This document shows, piece after piece, positions 6,677 to 10,548 of a DNA stretch of 10,548 nucleotides. Position 1 is the first letter of the stretch; each line of letters begins with the position of its first letter. A program made the position numbers and the translations under genes. Where the stretch lies: positions 1-10,548 of the forward strand of contig JAVZXS010000018.1 in NCBI GenBank assembly GCA_038886535.1. The letters run 5' to 3'. Under the pieces are notes generated by a model. That model was not told where the DNA came from, did no database searches, and worked only from the letters and a program-made list of their open reading frames with translations. This DNA comes from Candidatus Micrarchaeia archaeon (lineage in GTDB: Archaea > Micrarchaeota > Micrarchaeia > CABMEP01).

Positions 6677-7502
6677 AGAAGATTTTGGAGTTAAATCAGA
6701 AACACAAAACTGGTTTAAAGCTAAAGAACACGATTCAATCGTTGTTGACAAAGAAAAAAACATTTTTTACTGGAATTCTCAGGGGCTAATTGGCAATGCT
6801 TATGTGTATTTAACAAAAGTCCGAAAATGGTCGCCTGAGGAAGCTAAAGAGTACTTAAAAAACACTTATTTAAACTTACCTATTGTAAAAGCTAATCGAG
6901 AGACTGTAAAAGTTTATGATAAACTTGTTTACACGTTTTTCATTAACGGTTTAGATAAGAGAGACTATTTTTATAAGCGCGGTTTGACTGATGATACTAT
7001 TAATGCTTTTTTACTAGGTTATTACAATGGATGGTCAACTGTTCCTATTTTTGAGGACGGGCAGTTTAGAAATTTTCAATTGAGAAGGGATAACCCAAAA
7101 ATGTTTTGTAATTATTACAGGGGGATAGGACAGTTGATTTTTAATGTTGACATTTTGAAATTTGTAAATGAAATCTTTATTACAGAGGGAGCAATGGATG
7201 CTCTAATCTTAATTCAAAATGGGATTCCAGCGATTGCCTCCTCTGGTGGTGGAATTCAAAATAAGTATTTTAGAAAATTTGTTAACATAAAAAGAATTAA
7301 TATTTTATTCGACAATGACTCAGCAGGTTATCAAGAAGCTAAGAGAACGGCGAGAACACTCGGCGAAGAACGATGTTATATTTATTTATTCCAAGAGTTT
7401 AAAGAGAAGTATGACCCTGTAGATTTTTTTAGAGATGGTCATACTAAAGACGAACTACTTGATTTAGTCTATAAGAAATCGAAAAAAGCCTATCAAATTT
7501 GA
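6651..7502 (+). CDS. DNA primase, Toprim family (DnaG-like), with Cys-less N-terminal domain
   Basis: YFYKRGLTDDTINAFLLGY, ITEGAMDAL, FDNDSAG (DxD), YDPVDF; N-terminal EHDS...FYWNS.G..G segment aligns by eye with a CHC2 domain lacking cysteines. Confidence 0.88.
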   Translation: MSLLANLIREDFGVKSETQNWFKAKEHDSIVVDKEKNIFYWNSQGLIGNAYVYLTKVRKWSPEEAKEYLKNTYLNLPIVKANRETVKVYDKLVYTFFINGLDKRDYFYKRGLTDDTINAFLLGYYNGWSTVPIFEDGQFRNFQLRRDNPKMFCNYYRGIGQLIFNVDILKFVNEIFITEGAMDALILIQNGIPAIASSGGGIQNKYFRKFVNIKRINILFDNDSAGYQEAKRTARTLGEERCYIYLFQEFKEKYDPVDFFRDGHTKDELLDLVYKKSKKAYQI

Positions 7503-7513
7503 ATGAGGATTGT

Positions 7514-7630
7514 ATGGAAGATTTATTGATAGATTTTCTCGTTGTCGATTTTGATTTTGTTCTCTTTGGAGCTTTTTTATTTTTATCGTTATTACTATAC
7601 TTTTTATTTGCAGTTTTGAGGAGTAAGTAA
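7514..7630 (+). CDS. 38-aa single-pass membrane peptide (not in supplied ORF track)
   Basis: GAGGA RBS at 7505-7509; MEDLLIDFLVVDFDFVLFGAFLFLSLLLYFLFAVLRSK; TAA overlaps the methyltransferase ATG (TAATG). Confidence 0.65.
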   Translation: MEDLLIDFLVVDFDFVLFGAFLFLSLLLYFLFAVLRSK

Positions 7631-8736
7631 TGCCTAAGTATAAAGCGCCGTTTCCATGGTTTGGTGGTAAATCAAGGGTTGCTCATATAGTTTGGGCTTT
7701 GTTAGGAGATGTTAATCACTATTTAGAGCCATTTTTTGGCTCTGGGGCTGTTTTGTTCTTGAGACCAGAAGACCATAAAAATTATTTAGAAACAGTTAAT
7801 GATAAGGACATGTTGATCGCAAATTTTTGGCGGGCTGTTCAAAAAGCTCCTGATGAAGTTGCTTATTACGCTGATTATCCAGTTAATGAAGCTGATTTAA
7901 CTGCAAGGCATATCTGGCTAGTTAAATACGGTATTCCAGAACTTGAATCTAGATTGCAGGCTGACCCAGAATATTTTGATGCCAAAATTGCTGGCTGGTG
8001 GGTGTGGGGGATTTCTCAGTGGATAGGTAGTGGTTGGTGTTCTGGCAATGGTTGTTGGACGGAGGAAGATGGAAGACTTGTAAAGATCAAAAGCAACAAT
8101 AGTGTTTATAAAAAAGTACCCCAAATTGGAAAGTCAGATAAAGGTGTTCTTTCTGTTGGTGTTTCTAAAAAAAGCCCTTATATTTCAAAAACTAATATGG
8201 GAATAACTAAATTTGCTGTTCACAGAGTACGTCCTCATATTTCTAATCATGGGACGGGAGTTAGTAATGTTGAGGATATTTATGAGTATATGAACAAATT
8301 GTCGGAAAGATTAAGACGTGTTCGAGTTATTTGTGGTGATTGGTCTCGTCTAGTTACAAAAGGTGCTTTATCTTGCAGTGGAATCAAGGGAATTTTCTTA
8401 GACCCTCCATATTCTAAAAGTGGAAGAGATGATGATTTATATAGAAATGATGAAGATGTATCTAAAGCAGTAAATCAATGGTGTGTAAAGAATGGAGATA
8501 ATCCTGAGTACAGAATTGTTCTTTGTGGTTATGAGGGAGAACATAACAATTTAGAGGAACTTGGTTGGAAAAAGATTGCTTGGACTGGAGTGCGTGCTTA
8601 TGGAAATTCAAAAAATAAGACCCAAAATGCTGAAAATCGCTATAAGGAAAGAATATGGTATAATCAAAGTTGTTTAACTCTTGAAAATCAAAGTGTAGAA
8701 AGGAGTAATGAAGATGAAGATAGCGAAGAGGACTGA
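7630..8736 (+). CDS. DNA adenine methyltransferase, D12/Dam-like class, orphan
   Basis: PFPWFGGKSR (motif X), YLEPFFGSGAV (motif I), VND, FLDPPY (motif IV); GAGGAG RBS; no adjacent restriction endonuclease. Confidence 0.9.
   Translation: MPKYKAPFPWFGGKSRVAHIVWALLGDVNHYLEPFFGSGAVLFLRPEDHKNYLETVNDKDMLIANFWRAVQKAPDEVAYYADYPVNEADLTARHIWLVKYGIPELESRLQADPEYFDAKIAGWWVWGISQWIGSGWCSGNGCWTEEDGRLVKIKSNNSVYKKVPQIGKSDKGVLSVGVSKKSPYISKTNMGITKFAVHRVRPHISNHGTGVSNVEDIYEYMNKLSERLRRVRVICGDWSRLVTKGALSCSGIKGIFLDPPYSKSGRDDDLYRNDEDVSKAVNQWCVKNGDNPEYRIVLCGYEGEHNNLEELGWKKIAWTGVRAYGNSKNKTQNAENRYKERIWYNQSCLTLENQSVERSNEDEDSEED
8101..8271 (+). repeat. Three degenerate in-frame 57-bp (19-aa) tandem repeats inside the methyltransferase
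   Basis: SVYKKVPQIGKSDKGVLSV (8101-8157), GVSKKSPYISKTNMGITKF (8158-8214), AVHRVRPHISNHGTGVSNV (8215-8271); V2, P7, I9 and G15 invariant, K/R at 4, V/I at 16. Confidence 0.8.
8656..8664 (+). promoter_or_regulatory. Possible extended -10 promoter (TGGTATAAT) upstream of dUTPase
   Basis: Exact TGnTATAAT about 30 bp before the dUTPase RBS; no good -35. Confidence 0.35.
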
Positions 8737-9133
8737 AAATAAAATTATCTTGCCTTACAGAAAACACGAGAAAGACGCTGGTATTGATTTGTGCGCTAAT
8801 GGAGATTATATTATTGAACCTTTCGATGTTAAAGTTATTAGTACCGGTGTTTCTGTTGATATTCCAGAAAATTGCATGGGATGGATTACAAATAAAAGCA
8901 GGTCTAATTTTTTAGTTGGAGCTGGCGTTGTAGATGAAGGATACACTGGAGAACTTTTAGTTAAAATTTTTAATCCAACAAAGTATGAAGTTAAAATTAA
9001 TCACGGAGACGCAATTGCTCAATTAATCATTTTACCCATCCTGAGACCAGATTTAGAATGGGTATTATCTATTGATTTCTTTGACTCTAAATCTGAACGC
9101 GGAGAAAGTGGAGGTATCAAAAGTAATCTATGA
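8714..9133 (+). CDS. dut: Trimeric dUTPase family protein with atypical motifs 2 and 5
   Basis: DAGIDL, STGV, GVVDEGYTG, IAQL, RG-x-x-G; RBS at 8696-8705 favours ATG 8714 over 8708. Confidence 0.88.
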   Translation: MKIAKRTENKIILPYRKHEKDAGIDLCANGDYIIEPFDVKVISTGVSVDIPENCMGWITNKSRSNFLVGAGVVDEGYTGELLVKIFNPTKYEVKINHGDAIAQLIILPILRPDLEWVLSIDFFDSKSERGESGGIKSNL

Positions 9134-9360
9134 AACTGTCTTACAAAACCACTTTAGACACAATTTTTAACAAAAACATACGCCGTAGCGTTGATGCAGA
9201 AGTTAAAAAAGAAAACCGCTTTATTAGAGTTAAATTATCTTCAGGCGGTTATTTGTCTCGTTTAGAGTGGTTTATTTATAATTATCGCATAGAAGAATGT
9301 ACAGATGATGAATATCAACTAATGAAGGAGTGGTTAAAGGACTATGTCAGCGTTTTATAA
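9130..9360 (+). CDS. Hypothetical protein
   Basis: GGAGG upstream, ATGA overlap with dut stop; no motif recognised. Confidence 0.65.
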   Translation: MKLSYKTTLDTIFNKNIRRSVDAEVKKENRFIRVKLSSGGYLSRLEWFIYNYRIEECTDDEYQLMKEWLKDYVSVL

Positions 9361-9562
9361 AGTTAGAACACCTTATGGAATTGTTGATGTAGAAATTGTA
9401 AGAGAAGTTTCACCTTATAATGTCTGGGTAAGAGCCTTAAAAGGTTGTCCATTTGATGGGTGGATTACTAGTCCGTTTTATGGCGGTGATATTAAATTTG
9501 AGCATGATACTTATTGGTTTAGTGAGAAGTTGGTTAACAAAAAAGAATTAATTGAACCATAG
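9344..9562 (+). CDS. Hypothetical protein
   Basis: Overlaps previous gene and its stop is part of the next RBS; no motif recognised. Confidence 0.6.
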   Translation: MSAFYKVRTPYGIVDVEIVREVSPYNVWVRALKGCPFDGWITSPFYGGDIKFEHDTYWFSEKLVNKKELIEP

Positions 9563-9576
9563 AAAGGAATTTCAAC

Positions 9577-9819
9577 ATGAATCACATTGAAGAGTATGAA
9601 TATGCTTTAGAATGTGAAGATTATTACAAAGCTTTAAGAATTGCATTTAATAATGCACGAAGAAAGTCTTCAAGAAGTGGAAGAAGTTTTTGGCTAGCAG
9701 AGGTGAAGAATTGTTTTTTAAAATTGGGCATTGATAAGAGTCAATATGATGATAAAGTTCGTTTTGCTGATAAGTATGGAAATTTTGCGCCACTTGAAAA
9801 ATTTATTGATTCTTTATAA
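9577..9819 (+). CDS. Hypothetical protein
   Basis: TAGAAAGGA RBS at 9560-9568; no motif recognised. Confidence 0.7.
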   Translation: MNHIEEYEYALECEDYYKALRIAFNNARRKSSRSGRSFWLAEVKNCFLKLGIDKSQYDDKVRFADKYGNFAPLEKFIDSL

Positions 9820-9844
9820 ATAAGTTGAAAAATGGAGGCTAGTT

Positions 9845-10036
9845 ATGTACTGTCCAGTTTTTATTTCTGACCCTGAAAAGAAAAACTCTGGTTGGTTTGT
9901 TGCTAAAAAAATTAATGATGATGAGCTTGAGATATTAAAAGAATTCGGTAAATTTGACTCTCGTGAGCAAGTTTATCTTTTTATTGAAGCAATAGAAGAA
10001 GCAAAAGATAAATCAATCTTTAAAAATCACACTTAG
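9845..10036 (+). CDS. Hypothetical protein
   Basis: GGAGG RBS at 9834-9838; no motif recognised. Confidence 0.65.
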   Translation: MYCPVFISDPEKKNSGWFVAKKINDDELEILKEFGKFDSREQVYLFIEAIEEAKDKSIFKNHT

Positions 10037-10047
10037 GAGGTAGCACT

Positions 10048-10548
10048 ATGTCTTTAGCCCAAGATATTATTAATTTACGTTACGCGTGGGATAAGGGAGA
10101 CGGAACAAAAGAATCTTGGGAAGAAATTGCTCAAAGAGTTTCGGATAATGTTCTTGCCGTTTTTAATGTAAAACAAGGAATTAAAGATGCAATTTATGAA
10201 ATTATTGCTCGAAAAAAATTCATACCAGGTGGTAGGTTTTTAGCACAAGCTGGGAGAAAAACACACCAAGTTTGTAACTGTTTTTTGTTAAGAGCAGAAG
10301 ATACCCGTGAAGGTTGGGCTGAGTTAATGAAAAAAGCAAGTATGATGTTAATGACAGGAGGTGGGATTGGAATTGATTATAGTTTAATCAGACCAGCAGG
10401 TTCTCCACTTATAAGTTCTGGTGGTACTGCTTCAGGTTCTCTACCATTAATGAGTATTATCAACGAAATTGGTAGAGGTGTTATGGCGGGTGGAAAACGG
10501 CGTTCAGCCATCTGGGCTGGTCTGTCTTGGAAAAATAAAGATATTTTT
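10048..10548 (+). CDS. nrdJ: Ribonucleotide reductase large subunit, probably class II (B12-dependent), 3'-truncated
   Basis: AGGAGG RBS at 10035-10040. My translation: MSLAQDIINLRYA...ESWEEIAQRV...KFIPGGRFL...CNCFLL...GGGIGIDYSLIRPAG...GGTASG...GGKRRSAIWAGLSW. No ATP cone. Class cannot be proven without the C-terminus. Confidence 0.85.
   Translation, partial: MSLAQDIINLRYAWDKGDGTKESWEEIAQRVSDNVLAVFNVKQGIKDAIYEIIARKKFIPGGRFLAQAGRKTHQVCNCFLLRAEDTREGWAELMKKASMMLMTGGGIGIDYSLIRPAGSPLISSGGTASGSLPLMSIINEIGRGVMAGGKRRSAIWAGLSWKNKDIF

Noticed and set aside
8690..8736. Acidic C-terminal tail of the methylase (NEDEDSEED) as a functional feature
   Set aside because: Likely a by-product of overlap with the dUTPase RBS and first codons.
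3788..8767. Minus-strand ORFs (3788-4027, 4852-5055, 5369-5551, 6207-6398, 7918-8124, 8462-8767)
   Set aside because: All lie antisense to plus-strand genes, most of them well supported, and show no recognisable motifs; treated as shadow ORFs.
9253..9282. TTGTCT-N18-TATAAT and other isolated TATAAT hexamers
   Set aside because: Weak or mis-spaced -35 in AT-rich coding DNA; chance occurrence likely.
1..10548. Stop-codon reassignment (many genes end in TAG)
   Set aside because: Conserved enzymes are full length in the standard bacterial code, and TAG stops are followed by RBS and new starts.
1..10548. tRNA, CRISPR array, IS element or rho-independent terminator
   Set aside because: No intergenic space large enough, and no repeat-spacer pattern, transposase motif or GC-rich hairpin with U-tract seen.

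Overview
AT-rich, gene-dense, all-plus-strand segment that reads as the DNA replication, recombination and nucleotide-metabolism region of a dsDNA bacteriophage (or prophage). Gene order: 5'-truncated gp32-like zinc-binding SSB candidate, DnaD-like small protein, DnaB helicase, Hjc-type resolvase, HTH / coiled-coil / HTH proteins, stand-alone DEDD 3'-5' exonuclease, two small ORFs, a sigma70-type promoter followed by acidic protein - Rnl2-type RNA ligase - acidic protein - Zn ribbon - Toprim primase, an unannotated 38-aa membrane peptide, a D12-class DNA adenine methyltransferase, an atypical dUTPase, four small hypotheticals and a 3'-truncated ribonucleotide reductase (probably class II). Most notable: (1) three tandem 19-aa/57-bp repeats in the methyltransferase target-recognition region, in a window that strongly avoids GATC; (2) a perfect TTGACA-N17-TATAAT promoter written into the exonuclease ExoIII codons, directly after a ~300-bp codon-shifted, CTAG-rich patch; (3) a promoter-proximal RNA ligase flanked by two very acidic DNA-mimic-like proteins; (4) a Cys-less primase N-domain next to a separate Zn-ribbon gene. 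All assignments come from motif reading and hand counts; no searches were run.
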